From positions 37,262,001 through 37,326,000 of the forward strand of contig CM068746.1 of NCBI GenBank assembly GCA_035084275.1: a DNA stretch of 64,000 bases. Reading direction: 5' to 3'. Origin of the DNA: Hydrolagus colliei (Eukaryota). The notes beneath the pieces are model-generated. The model saw only the letters and a list, made by a program, of their open reading frames with translations, did no database searches and had not been told where the DNA came from. The position numbers and the translations under genes are program-made. How positions within the stretch are numbered: the first letter of the stretch is position 1; each line of letters starts with the position of its first letter. Of the stretch, positions 49,544 to 63,330 are shown in pieces.

Positions 49544-52500
49544 TATATGCAAGATGCATATCAGTCTTTTCACATGTTATTTATATACAGTGAAAACTTT
49601 TTTGTGCACGAGGGAAGGGAGTCACAGTTGTCCCAGTGTTCCCCATTAATTTCACACCGCATTTTGGAAATGGTTGTGCAATTAAACATATATAGATTCT
49701 GCAAACCATAAAGTTACCCTTCTTACCATGAATAGGCTGCAATTCTAATTTTCAAAACAAAAGTCTATTCATCCCACCAGGCCTTTTCCTAGTTAATCTA
49801 CTAAAGAGAGATTCTGTTGAATCTCCTCTCCCTTCAAACTCACAAATCCCAGACAAGTGGCCTTTTCCTGGTTCCTATTGGTACCAAAGAAATGTACCTA
49901 ATGTTCCATATGTATCCTCCTAATCAGATTCCATTCGTCCAAGTCACATTTTAATCCCAAAGACACCACCAACAACAACAAATTGCATTTACAGAGCACC
50001 TTTCACATCAAGGGCATTTCCTTTGTTTGCTTTCTTGAACTGTCTTCTATTTTATCAATAACTATTGGTATTGCTCTGACAAACTTCTTCCATTCTGCTC
50101 AGTTGTATCATTTCATATATCCTTCCTCCTCCCTGCAATCCGTGGTGTGTTAGATTTAACGCCCACAGATCTTTCTTCCTTCAAACCTAGCAAATAAAGT
50201 TAGAGCTTCAAAGTGAAAAAAATACCTATGAACTCATCTATAACATACCCTCTTAAGTGTGAAGGAGGCAGCAGCAGATTGCTCCCACAAATAATAATCC
50301 TTAATAATAATCCTTGCATTTGATATAGCACTTTTCACGCCTTTGCGACGTCTCAAGGGCTTCACAGAATATACTGTAAATTGAATTGACTGTATATTTG
50401 TGGGTGATAAATGGGAGCAACATTCAATTATGAGACAAATATTGTGCTTATGGGATTTATGAGTTGGTAAGCAGAAAATGAAAGTTTAGCATAAACAAGG
50501 AAATTGAACTGTGGGACAGATCCGGGAATTAATGTCAAATGCAATAATGAGAATCAGAATATCCAGGCAAATAGACGACTAATGTTTTAATAGCGAGGGA
50601 GCAAATATACCATAAACCATGCATCAACACAAAATTCACATCGCATTCTAAGCCACCCTTAGGTATATTGAAGGAAACTGGACAAAGATGGGTATGTAGG
50701 TAAAAACCGTGAATAACAATACAACCAGAAGATGGCTCTGTTTAGTAATATAATAAATGCTCTGACACATATGCCATTCGATTCTCAATAAATTCATCTT
50801 CAACTCTAACAAAATACATCTCGCCAAACAGACGGTAATTAAAAAAAATTCTGACTTCATGGAGATATCATACTTCAATCTGGTGGGCTAATATCCGATA
50901 CTCAACCAATAAAGTAACTGTTGGCATGCTGCCTCGCACTCTCCCTAACGTTCTTCAAATCCTACCTCAAGACCCTCCTTTTCGACTGTGCCACTGGTCA
51001 ACCCCCTTCCCCTGCCTTCCCTCTACTCTCCTCGATTCTGACCCCAGCTTGGGTCTGAAACACAAATGTAGTTTTGTTGTTGTTGGCACTAGGGGCATGG
51101 CTTATGTTTTTCAATAACAATCTTGCCCACATTGGTAATTCCACCAGCCACTCTCGCTTTAATTGAACCAGAAAAGGTGACATTTGAAATATTTGAACAG
51201 CCATTTTCCTTCACAACTGCTTATTGTAAGTTATCATGGTCAGGTTTCCAGCTGCATGAAATGAGTGAATGATGGCATGACATCTGGGCTATTACTGAGT
51301 TGAAAATTGACTAGATGTACAGTATTAGCTAATTTTGTGCCACATCTGATTTTTTCCCCAAAAGAGGCAAATAGAAATAATAATATCACACAATTCCTAA
51401 TTTAACTAGCCTGTATTCTTCAATAAATATGTTCTCATTATAATCTACTGCGAATCTCACAACCAAAAAGCATACCGTCCATTGAACAGCTTACTTACTC
51501 TCAAAATGGATTTATTTCACCTTTGAAACAATACCTTTCTCCCCTGGCCCCACTTCCGCGATTGTTTGTGGGATACTGTTGTGCACAATTTGGCTAATGC
51601 GTTTCTCCCACAAATATATAGTCAATTTTCCTACTTTCCTTCCCCCAACCGCAACCCTTCCCACCCCTGATCTGGTCCCTACCTCTTCTCCTCCCTTTCT
51701 TCCCTCTTGTCTTCTCCCTCCCCCACCCTGCTCTGGTCCCAACCTTGGGACGTTGTTGTACTCTGTGAAGCACTTTGAGACATTGCTAAGACGTGGAAAG
51801 CACTATATAAATGTAAGTATTATTATTATTAAGCATGCCTTTACCTCACCTGATGACTGCCAACATTCTTATCTATTCATTCAACATCATGAATAGATTT
51901 CTCCATCATGAATAGATTTCTCCCTAACTACACTCTACAATGGCTACATTTGTTCCAGAATTTTAAGTCTTTGAGTTCACCTCGCACAAGACTGTCTCAT
52001 TACTGGTCAGGATCCATTGGCTCCCTGCACCATGCTTACTTAATTCCAGAGAGTTTTGAGCCACAGATGGATGAGCCAATGTTTGAGGTACTGCTGGAGT
52101 TTAACCAGGGTAAAACTGCATAGCTTGCCATTGAAAGCATTGTCTGGCAAGCTTCCCACTGCTTGTCCAGCTAGAACCACTCTACTGTCAGGGCTTTGGC
52201 TTGTGAGGGTAATACTGTAGTAGCTGAGTGGGAAGCAGAATCCTGCCCTCTCCAGGTTCGACTGATCAGCCAGACCAAAGAGACTTTCACAGAGGTTGAC
52301 TTGATACAGACATTCCATTGCCAAGTATGGGAACTTAAAGAGTCAGCTCAGCACCAAGGAAACCTTATTCATGTCCCCCAAGGGAGTTGATCAGATTAGA
52401 AACAAAGCGAATATTGTTGTGTAGGTAAACACGGCAACTCATCTGGACCAGTAATGTTTCATAAACAACAATGAGATGAGTAATCAATCAATTTGAATTT

Positions 52501-55500
52501 GAGGGTGAATTTGGATTAGGGAGGGAATAATTGAGAGAACATTTCTATCTACATGAATGATGAGGCAGTTCTAATTAAAAAATTAACAAAGTAATGATAA
52601 TAATCCTTGGATTTGATTATTATTTAATCACTTGATCATGTCGTGGAAATGTCTCAAAGCGCTTCACAGAATGTATTGCAAAGTGCATTAAAGAATAGAA
52701 GGAAAAACAATACGGTGAGCAGTCAAAGGACAAATTCATTATTCTTACATGTACTCTACTAGGATTGGTTTGTAATATTGCACTGAAACTTTGGTTATAC
52801 TTGGCTGGTTTTGCTGCTGTGTTATTAGTGCTCTTGTCAATGTTGCAGTGAAAACAGCTGAAAACACACAGAACCATTTGGCGCATGAAGACACAACTCC
52901 AGCAATATCTGTAGGCCTGCAGCAGTGTAAGGAAAAATGTGTTGCCAAGCGCAGAAGTGACAGTGAATGTGTGTTACAATAGCTCTGTAGCCCGAGGAAC
53001 AAAGGATTAGCATGCATTTTCTTTGAATTGGGTTAGTTTTAACAAAATGGGGAACATTTCTGCCCTTGTAGTAAGTCCCTACAATGCTGCATTCCACAAC
53101 ACCTCCAAAGGCAGTAAGGCTGCTGTAATCACTCACTGAATCACAGCTTGAACAGCCACTTTGCTAGTGTTCATGAAATATTGGTGCTGTGGTAGTGAGA
53201 TGAGGGAGGAAGCTAAAAAGGCTATAGGAAAAAGTATGAAGCACTTTGAGACATCTCGATGACAAAAATAAGGCGCTACATTAAATGTAAGAATTATTAT
53301 TAACATCGAAGTTCATTTAAAGAGTCTACTGATTGCAGAACCACTTTAAGAACATTCCTCTCCACAGGTACTGAGTACATATTACATTTTTCAAAGCTTC
53401 AATACAGTAACAATTCCACTTGCAACTGGAAGGAATGAACTGCAATCAATTCTGCCCTCAATGAAAGTTCATAAACATGGCAAAATGAATCCACAGAACA
53501 TTTAGATAAAAATTTTAAGAGCATGCTAATAGTTAAGGGAATAAAATCATCACATTTACAATCCTATTTTACATAACTATTACTCCAAGATGTGGGAGGT
53601 TACACTCTTAACTTGTACCTGGAAGTTATTATGTCTTGAGAAGCTAATTCGCTTTTCCTGTTTTTAAAAATGGCAATACGTGACATGCTGTTATTTCGGA
53701 ATGCTCATTTTGATTTCATGTTACAAAAGGAATACAACATGAAAAATAAAGAAAACTTTGTGCCAATAGGAAACTCTCAAAAATGTCAGGAACATTTTGT
53801 AAATCAATTTCAGCATTTGCAATAAATTTTGGACAGTCCGACAACTTGCCAGAAACATAACAAATTACATTCTCACTTCTCTTTAGGGTTACCAGTTCTG
53901 CATGCAAGAGTTATTAAAGGAATGGGAAGCCCCCAAGCTTCTACCTATGCTAGTTACTCAAAATCCACAAGGAGATGCTTGAGAAAGGTTAGGATTAAGA
54001 GAAGAAAGTAAGTAGAGTAGCCTCTTTAGAGCTTAATTGGCTCCCAAGTGATACACCTGGGAATGGGAAACTGGAATTGAGTCAATTCTATCAGGTGGTC
54101 TTCATAGTCTGGTGCCTGAGCCAGTGTGCCTGGCTCACATTACCTCAGGGAACTTTGACGATGGACTAGCCAGCATGACTACCAATATTTAGTAGCATTT
54201 CTAGGAACAACCCAGTCACTGAGAGTTGGATGTCCCATTTGGTGTCCATTAACTCTAAGCGCTATCAGGTAAGTAGGCTGGATGAGCAGTAGGGACTTCG
54301 CTGGTGTGCAAAATGGTAAGATGCACATTTTTATCCAGTTAAGCTCCAGCAGTACTCCAATCCACATTTGGATTCCCCAGGCCCAAGGCCTTGTCAACAT
54401 GAACCTCAACTTTCTTGGATTAGGTGAGCATGTTGTGTCACTCTGGGATAGAGAGGTGGGTGGAGAATGAAGAGAGCACTCCACACCAGAGAAATAGAAA
54501 CCATACTTTTGTGGAACTCTCTCAGGTTAGGTTTGGAGTCTGACGTCACAAGTGGCTGGTGCACAAGACGTCTTGCCAGTTTAGACAAGGATCTCCGAAG
54601 CTCAGATTCAGCCAAACAGAGCGCAGACAGTGCAGAGATCATGCTCCCATTATAAAGGAAGTGGAGATATGTGACGAGAAGCAGTAGTTGGAGTAATAGA
54701 AGTCAATTTGTTTTGTTACCAACCATGGAGAGCTTCAACTTGTTCTTCCAGGCCACCCCTGTGCCTGCTACAATATTATCCATTTCATTGTGTCTCAAGA
54801 ATACAACCAGCTGGGTATCTGCTGCGCTGCCTGGTATTCTGATAGGCAGGCAGCTTTCCTTGATATGGCACACAATACTGAGCTCTTGTTGTTATAAAGT
54901 GCTTTGTGATTTATTTTTAAGAATCACAAAATTCTGTAAACCTCAGGGGAAATAAAAGGCCCATTGAGAGAAAAAAATCTAGCAAGTTTATTTTTTGGTT
55001 GAAATGAAAAAAAATCTGCCCGAATCAAGTAAATAACTAAAATATATATTGAAAAGTACTTTGTTCTTGCAGTCAAATTGCACAAAGATGCAATGTCCAG
55101 TGCTTGTAACTTGCTCCATTCCAATTAATTTCAGGTTTTATGCTACGACAATTAATTGTGATAAGACACCAAATTCCACTGTACCTGGCATAAGACTCAA
55201 GAGGGACTGGATAGAAGGATACAAGAATCTTTCTACGTTTAATAGAAATACCAATACATCTTGTCAAATAGGTTCTCTCTGTGGGCACGAGAGATAATTC
55301 ACTTTATGCTGTAAATTAAGATTACAGTATAAAGCAGGATATTCTGTACGTCAAAACTATGATGCAGAAACTGGCTGAGATTAGAACTGGAAAATGTCAT
55401 CTTTAAAATGACTGATTAAAAATGCAATTTTGTTTTTAATATAATAAACATATCATCAATTAATTCTGTCATGTGCTGACACAACAGTACATCTTCACTA

Positions 55501-55925
55501 AAGAAGAAAAAAATGATAAAGCAATCAAAGGCAAGTCCATAGCAAGTTGAAAGTATAATTTCAGTACTTCTGATTTGTTCAACTGTTTTTTAAAAACTTT
55601 TCTCATCTCCTGATGGCATGAGATAAACTATATGAGCGCCAGCGCCCTTGATTACTCTGGCTAAGTGGCTAAGAGTATTCTACAGCGTGTAGAAGATAAT
55701 AAATTGGAACTATATTCTGTGTCCCACAATACCTAAGCTTATGTTTTACATTATTAAACAGTATAACAGAGTAGGACCTTCAACTACTTTAAACAATTAA
55801 TAAATTAAAGCTGATATTTTGGAAAACTTAATAATTACAGTAAAATTTGAGAACTTTAGTATGTGAACATGTAAAGTTTCAACATTGGTGCGAATGAAAA
55901 TATAAAACTTAATATTGATACTCAC

Positions 55926-55973
55926 CTTTTCATGCTTCTTCAGAAATTTTGTTTTCTTGATCTTCCCATGATG
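55926..55973 (-). CDS. ORC5: Origin recognition complex subunit 5, internal 48-nt exon
   Basis: ttccag|CAT CAT GGG AAG...GAA AAG|GTGAG encodes HHGKIKKTKFLKKHEK, matching ORC5; phase 0/0, joins in frame to the 47549 exon. Confidence 0.93.
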
Positions 55974-58554
55974 CTGGAATCAAAATAATTAAGCATTAAA
56001 ACATCTCACTTTAACCTACGAAAAGTATTCAAGTAATGACACAACAGTACTTCAGTACTGATCCCAAAAATGTTAAATCTGTTTCACCTTAACATAAGCT
56101 GATGATTAGAATATCTTTGAAATGTGCCTAAAATGGTGGCATAATTAATAGTTACCCCCAGGGCTGAATTTAATTTCTTTAGATTTAGCATTAAATGAAA
56201 GGCTGCTTTCTGTAGTACTCTTAATTAAAATGGGAGACATTAATGCAGATAGCATTTAAATTACCATTCAACTAGGTACCAGTAGAGTTCCTCACCAATA
56301 AAGTGTCGACTACACACATTGCTTTTAGGTTTTCTCACAACAATCAATTTAGTAAAGAGAAGAATATTTTATATTTACAATATAGTCAATTCAATTTACA
56401 ATATATTCTGTGAAGCACTTTGAGACGTCTCAAAGCCGTGATAAGGCGCTATATTAGATCAAGGATTATCATTGGTGCACCTCTGACTTGAAATATCTTA
56501 ACGAGCTTCAAAGGAATTCCATTTTTTTCCCAGGCAAATTTAACAGTTATTATGTACTTCGTAAAGTCCCACAAAACAGCCATTAGTTGAATAGTACCAC
56601 TTAAAACAACAAATTGCATTTATGTAGCACTTTGCATGTCAGAATGACTTAATCTTTAATGTTCGTCTGAAGAATAGTAATCCTTGCATTTGATATAGTG
56701 CTTTTCACGTCTTCTAGACATTTCAAAGCACTTCACAGAATATGCTGTAAAGTGAATTAAAGCCAACTGTTTGATGGGCAGTTCTAGAGAAAGAAATTAC
56801 AGCACTGTACAATATCCCAATGGACAGTCTCTTAAGGCTAATGGAATATCTATGTATCCACCAGTGGCTTTCATTAATTTTAGTTTTGAGAGATATTGTC
56901 TACAAATCTGAGTTTGCAAAATGTCTTAGTGGGATCTCCACATTATGTTACTTACAAATATTGACACCTTGCCCTACAACAGTTGTATAGTTTGACATAC
57001 ACGTCCCTATTTGCTTCACATAACGATCCCCCCAGCTAATAATAATAATAATCCTTGCATTTGATATAGCGCTTTTCACGTCTTCTAGACATCTCAAAGT
57101 GTTTGACAGAATATACAGTAAAGTGAATTAACTGAAGACTACTGTGGGTGAAACATGGCAGCCAATGGCTGTGAATATAATCATCCAAATCAAAGAAAGC
57201 ATGTCACAGAATGCTAATATTTATATAGTGAAAAGTTTCAAACAATCAATAAGATCTTCAAGGTATCCAATTCACTGATACATATGACACAGTAGGATGA
57301 AATCAGCTTCAGGAAATTTGGTGAAAAGGATTATCATAAGTGTGATTGTCTGGTATAGCTTTTATCCAATTATTTTTGTAGCCTCTTTCTCAGTTACTGT
57401 AAATTTTATTTGCACCCAGCTTCACTCTGTCTGAGCTTATTCTACATGCACCAATTATGTAGGAGCAAACGATCAAGCTTAGACAAACAGTTTGATGATA
57501 GAATACAGAGAAATATCTTCTTCTCCACAATATACAGAGCGATATACTCAGCAATAACAGCGGCTACTTTTCCAACTAAGAATAAGTTATTAATTCTCAA
57601 TGCTAGACAAAAATGTATCTATAAATTTAGATTTACATTTAGAAGTACAGTAGTAGATAAAATAATTCAACTGAATGTTTTACCAACTACTTTTTTTCTT
57701 CACTGAATCAACTAGGTCTCTCCTTTTTTCTATTTTTCTATTTACTTTCTATTGATTTTGTTCTGACCTTTTAGACCTGCTGTTATCTCTCCAAAGATCT
57801 CTCTCAATAAACAGTTTGGGAGATCGACCGATACCTGGCAAAAAGGCCTTTGTGCTTAACAAATCACTATTTCAAGTTTCAGGAAAGCTTCAAAGGACTT
57901 GTTTAATCCGAGATGAAAATTAACTTGGCCATCGTCTTTGAGACAATGAAACATCTTAATTTAAACACATTTCCATCAGAGCATGAAAGCAATACTCCCT
58001 TAAACATTCTGATGCCTCTTTGCTATGGCAGGCTGGGTATCTTTACACACATACATAGTGGCTTGACTCATTTTAAAATACTGTCACAAGGATATAGAGC
58101 AATTGCATTATGAACTTGTTCCTCTCAAGCATCTGATGAATAAATGTAGCACTACTTTTCTCAAATCATTATTCAGAAGGGGAACCTAATTAAATAGGCT
58201 CCCAGTTTGTAAGCTTTTTTTTTATTTAATGGGCTAATATATAATACCAACAGTCTTTAAAGATGTCAGCAATAAAAGAAATACATGCGTTTAATGTGTA
58301 CATAAAACACTTCCCAATACTGGGTAGAGGTGTACCCGCAAGCACTTCACACACTTATTAAAAGTATTCTGTAAAGAAAATATTTCCCAAATTCACTCAA
58401 AACACAAGCATTCCTTCTTCATGGGTTTATCTGGCTCTTAAACATTTATTTCACCACTGCTACATAAAAAGCTCACCAGTCCCAAACTTTCTAAACGTGT
58501 GAATTTGTTCAGTTCATACTGTCAAACAATAATAATAATACTTGCATTTGATAT

Positions 58555-59405
58555 CCTGATTGGCTCAAGCCAGCGCCTCCGCACATCGGGCGCTGCCAGC
58601 CTCAACATCCAAGGCTGCACTCTCCACCTCACAAAGCCAATCAGGAACCTCGGCATCATGTTCGATCAAAAACTTTCCTTCCTCCCCCACATCCGCGTCT
58701 TGACCGGCACCGCCTATTTCCATCTGCGCAACATTGCCAGGCTCCGCAACTATCTTACCCCCCGCGCTGCCGAAACACTCGTGCACGCGTACATCACCTC
58801 ACGGCTGGACTACGGAAATTCTCTCCTAGTCGGCCTCCCCAGTTCCTCCATTCACAGGCTGCAGGCCATCCAAAACTCTGCAGCCCGTGTACTATCCCGC
58901 ACCCGCCTCCGCGACCACATAACCCCCACCCTCGCCCGTCTCCACTGGCTCCCCATCCACCAGAGGATCGAGTTTAAGATCCTCGTCCTCACCTACAAGG
59001 CCTTACACGGCCTTGCCCCATCCTACCTAACCGATCTACTCTCCCCCTACACGCCCACCCGGACCCTCCGTTCAACAGGACTTGGCCTGCTCCAAGCCCC
59101 CCGCCCGAACCGCCCCACCATCGGAGGCCGGGCCTTCAGTTTCTCCGCTCCCACCCTATGGAATGCCATCCCTCAATCCTTCCGTTTCGCCTCTTCCCTT
59201 TCCTCTTTCAAGGCCGGTTTGAAGACTTTCCTCTTCGATAGTGCCTTTTGTTCCACCCCGAACTCTTTTACCTCCCCTTCGTGTTTCACCCCTTCCCAAA
59301 CACTCCCCTCCCAGCTCGGGTCACACGCCTCCTGTTTAGCGCCTTGGGACGTCCTCCCGACGTGAAAGGCGCTATATAAATGTAAATTGTTGTTGTTGTT
59401 GTTGT
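58555..59405 (+). mobile_element. Young 5'-truncated L2-type LINE (open ORF2 C-terminal part, (TTG)n tail)
   Basis: Stop-free reading frame: IRNLGIMFDQKLSFLPHI...AYFHLRNIARLR...ITSRLDYGNSLLVGLP...LHWLPIHQRIEFKIL...GGRAFSFSAPTLWNAIP...FKAGLKTFLF; CpG-rich; inserted into an antisense SINE tail. Confidence 0.95.
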
Positions 59406-60027
59406 AGTGCCTTATCACTTAGTACCTTTCTGAGATATCTCAAGCGTTTCACAGGATTCACTGGAGCTGTCTATTTTATAGGTGAGGGCAGCCAATTCGC
59501 ACACAACCATATCCCACCAGTAATCTGCTGTAACAAACAAAACGTCCATACTTAAACTCACATGACTTCCAAAGTAACGATTTAGGAACTTAGAAACAAG
59601 TAATACATTAAGCTCATCAGCACGTTCTATCATTTCACAAGATCATGACATGACCTTTTAATGTAATTTGCCTGTCTTTTTTCCCCGCAATTCCTTGATC
59701 CCTTTACTTGCTAAATATCTATCCACCCTTTAAAATATTCCAATTGATTCTGTATCTATATCCTTCTGTGGCAGTGCACTAATTTACTACTTTATTTTCT
59801 GGTCAAAGAACTTTAAACTGCCCCAAAAATATTTGCTTGGACTGTAATAAAATAATTAAAAACCCTTATGTTTGCTATAGCGACTTTTACGTCATGACGG
59901 TTGGCACAATTATATTAGACTCATATATAAATGGGATATTTAGATATTATGATTTCAAATTTCTAATTTGCCAGTTTGTGTTCTTCATTTTCAGAAATCT
60001 TCAGCTAACTTTAAGTTGGTAGTATTC

Positions 60028-60230
60028 TTGCTTCTAAGTCAGAATGTTGTGGGTTAAAGCCCTACATTGGGTCTTTCAACTCAGTCTGGGCTAACCCTGC
60101 AATGCAGTGCTTGGGGGAGCAGTCCTTTGGATGAGATGTTAAATCGAGGTGATATCTGCCCATAAAGATTCCATGGCACTAATTGAAAAAAGATGAGAGT
60201 TCCTCCCAGTGTCCTGGCCAACAATCCCTC
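60028..60230 (+). mobile_element. Old Deu-domain SINE relic
   Basis: TCAGAATGTTGTGGGTTAAAGCCC...CCTTTGGATGAGATGTTAAATCGAGG...AAAGATTCCATGGCACT...GTGTCCTGGCCAACA. Confidence 0.7.
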
Positions 60231-60954
60231 ATAATATTAAACTTGTCCTAGCTTGCCAAATTTTTTCTCACAGTTCATTCCTATAACATTAGCGTTCATC
60301 CTGATTGCTCTCTATACAGTGTCTTGTGCCTAGATAAACTTCTTATAATAATAATATTTATATTTAGTATATAGCACCTTTCGCATCGGACATCCCAAAG
60401 TGCTCCACAAAATATACTGTGAACTGCCTTGTACAGAACAATATAAATAACAAGTACATAGAGCTTGAAGCTGATCTCCATCCCACTTGCATCAGCACAT
60501 TTGCACCTTTAGTGTCTCTATATTTTCCAGAAAGCCTTGGCAGAATCAAGAGGCCGTGAAATCGCAATCAATATAGTCGTTGAGAAAGGCTTTGTAGCTA
60601 CAGCAGCATAAAGTCGTCTTTGGTTGAACATAGGTCAAATCCCTGAAACAGAGATGCTGAACACAAGGTACCAATGGAGAGTTTCCACAAAGTTTACTTT
60701 CTTTCCCCTGGAGAAGCAGCACAGCGAAAGCAAAAAGATGACTAACAGGCGTTTTCTGGCAATGGAATAAGAATTGATCATCAAGATGTCCCACAAACAG
60801 CCATTGAGAATTGTTGGCCAGGACACTTTTCAAAAAGTGTCATGGGATTTTAACATCCACCTGAATAGGGATATTAGCTGTTGATTTTATTATTGATGGA
60901 GGATCACAAATGCAAGTAGCCTTAGTGTACTCTAGTAGTTCTGCAAAATCACTA

Positions 60955-61329
60955 CCGTATATCGCGGCGTTTAAGTCGACCTTTCAAGGTTTAAAAATTT
61001 CTCACAAAAATTGGGGTTGACTTATACACCTGCTGTAAAATGTGAACCCTAAATTCCCAGCTCGCTCGCTCACTCACTCACTCGTTCCCTGACTGCCTGC
61101 CTGGCTCACTCACTCACTGCCAATCTGCCTTGCTCTCTCGCTGCTGGTCTGGCCAGCTTGCTCACGGCTGGGCTCGCACACGGCCAGTCTCTTTTCCGTT
61201 CCCACACTGGCTTTGCAATATAGCTCAAATCGTATGCTCAAGCCTTTGGGGGTAGGGTCGACTTGTAGAATCTAAACATACTTTTTTTAAACTGAAAAAT
61301 TGAAGTCAATTGGACGCCACAATATACGG
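60955..61329. mobile_element. pogo/Mariner-type MITE
   Basis: TA|CCGTATATCGCGGCGTTTAAGTCGAC ... GTCAATTGGACGCCACAATATACGG|TA; internal (CTCA/CTCG)n. Confidence 0.8.
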
Positions 61330-62384
61330 TATCCAACAACGATACAATTTACACTGAGGAGCTTGGTAAAAATAAGCACAAAGTTAAGATTGATACTTTG
61401 GGGGTAATTTGCAGTAAAAGATTTGTATCTTACTGCTGTCCTTTTGTTCTTTACTGCTGCTCATCTAATAATCCTAGAATAACCATTAACTAGCAATATG
61501 TTATGCAAGAAGAAACATGCAATGAAAGCTCTTGGCCACCAGTGACAATCATTTGGACCAGTGCCAAACAATCAAGACAGCAATTTTTTTTACCTCCAAA
61601 CTAAATTTATTACAATTAGCAAGTGGTCAGGAATAATGGCTTCACGACTTCACTTGAATTAGGCATTCCAAGCAAAAACAAAATAAAGAAAGTACATATA
61701 TACCAGAAAGAACAACCAGGTGATTAACTGTCCAGATCGTTAAGCAGTATACAAAAGTAATGAGTGTGCATCGCATTTGTATTGCGCCTAGCAGATTTAT
61801 TTTTCCTGAGCTACTGTTGGGCTGATTAATTTCACCAAGAACTTTGAAAACAGCAGCACGCATCAGAGAAAGCAATCTGCAATTCTATCAATTGTTTCTG
61901 TGAAACAAGCAGATTCAAAGCAGGGCTGCTAAAGTCCTTGTGCGTTTAATTCTCAAGTGTCACAGAACTGTCAAGATCAATACAAACTTATTTTTTGTTT
62001 AGCTGCTCTGTATTTTCAGCATTGTAATTGCCACATCTGCATTGCTATTGGTAATGATTCTCCATCTAGCTTGGGACATTGATTACAAAAGAACCTATCT
62101 CAAGCAGCTTACACATTATCTGACTGGAATAGAAAAACATAAACATGTGCTGATATCTGTCACAGTAAACTCTTATTACATCTGACAAAGGGGAAAAAAG
62201 CCTACAAGATGTCAATCAGACTATTTTAGAGCAAATGTTGAGCTGGCTGTATCTAAAATTCTACAAATTTTGCAGTCTTGACAACTGCAAATAAGTCTTT
62301 TCTAGCACATCATTACTACCACATGAGGACATAATATACAAATAATATTATGTAGATAGGTTTTAGATATTATAAATTATATAG

Positions 62385-62975
62385 CAAACATAAAAACGAC
62401 CATTCAGGCCACCTAGTCCACATCAGTATTTCTACTTCACAGAAATCTCCACTCTTCCTAACCTCTGTTATTCCCTTCTCTTTCATCCATTGCATCAAGT
62501 TCTCTTTAAATGTATGGTTTCAACCACAGTTGAGTTCCACATTGTCACCACCCTCTATGTAAAGAAGTTCCTTCAAAATTTTCTTTTAGATCTGCTGGTA
62601 ACTCTTCTCCTCTGGGTATACCACAAATTACTATTTTAATTCTTGATGGCTTTGTCTACCTTTGTTGCTACTTTTAGCCTTGTATATCTGTTCCCCAGAT
62701 CTCTTTGCTCCTCTACCTACTTTGTTATTACCATTCAGGGCACAGACAGCTTCTTTATTCCTCCTGCCAATGTGTATCACTTCATATTTCTCAGTAATTG
62801 AACATCAATTGCCACCTGTTTGCCCATTCTGTATACCCATTTATGTCTTTTTGTACCTATTTAGCATCCTGTTCATTATCAATGCCCCCCACCCACACTC
62901 TTTTCCCTAAGTCCAAATCATTTATCTACACGGTGAACGTTACCAACCCATGTGGAACACCACTTTATACATCTT
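62385..62975 (-). mobile_element. Degraded CR1-type LINE fragments
   Basis: Reverse strand has AGTGGTGTTCCACATGGG (SGVPxG motif), W..RWQLMFN..K-like sequence and CR1-like 3' end remnants. Confidence 0.55.
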
Positions 62976-63129
62976 ATACATTAACAAACAGCATTCAAGA
63001 AGACTTGAGCCAATTAGGTGACACTGACCTAATTTTAATATAGCTATATGCAAAGGAATGCATACTTGAAAAATAACTCTTTAAGCAAGTACACAAAATG
63101 AAGACATGTTCAGAGGTGGAGAATGAAAA

Positions 63130-63330
63130 GGATTTCAGTGCTTATTGATCACTCACTGAATGTGAAGCTGCTGTCAACAGAGCTAACCCAATACAGTACT
63201 TGATTACAAATACAAGCTTGCATCTCGAGGGCAATTGACTACAAGTCGAAAAACTTTATCTAACCTTGCTTAAATGATTTGCGAGAGCAAACTTGGAATA
63301 CTGCGTGCAGTTTTACACAACTTAACCTTC
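63130..63330 (+). mobile_element. Degraded CR1-type LINE fragment
   Basis: AAVNRAN..., LYLTL..., LEYCVQF motifs of CR1 ORF2. Confidence 0.55.

Noticed and set aside
52347-52368. REST/NRSE-like sequence CTCAGCACCAAGGAAACC (also TTCAGCACC at ~42765)
   Set aside because: Right half-site GGACAG is not matched.
51900-52400. Possible decayed retroelement or pseudogene-like sequence (also 24690-25530, 54300-54900)
   Set aside because: Looks more complex than background, but I could not recover a convincing motif or family.
58499-59365. 288-aa ORF as a host gene or novel reverse transcriptase system
   Set aside because: C-terminal part of L2 ORF2, 5'-truncated after the YADD region; the apparent start lies in flanking DNA.
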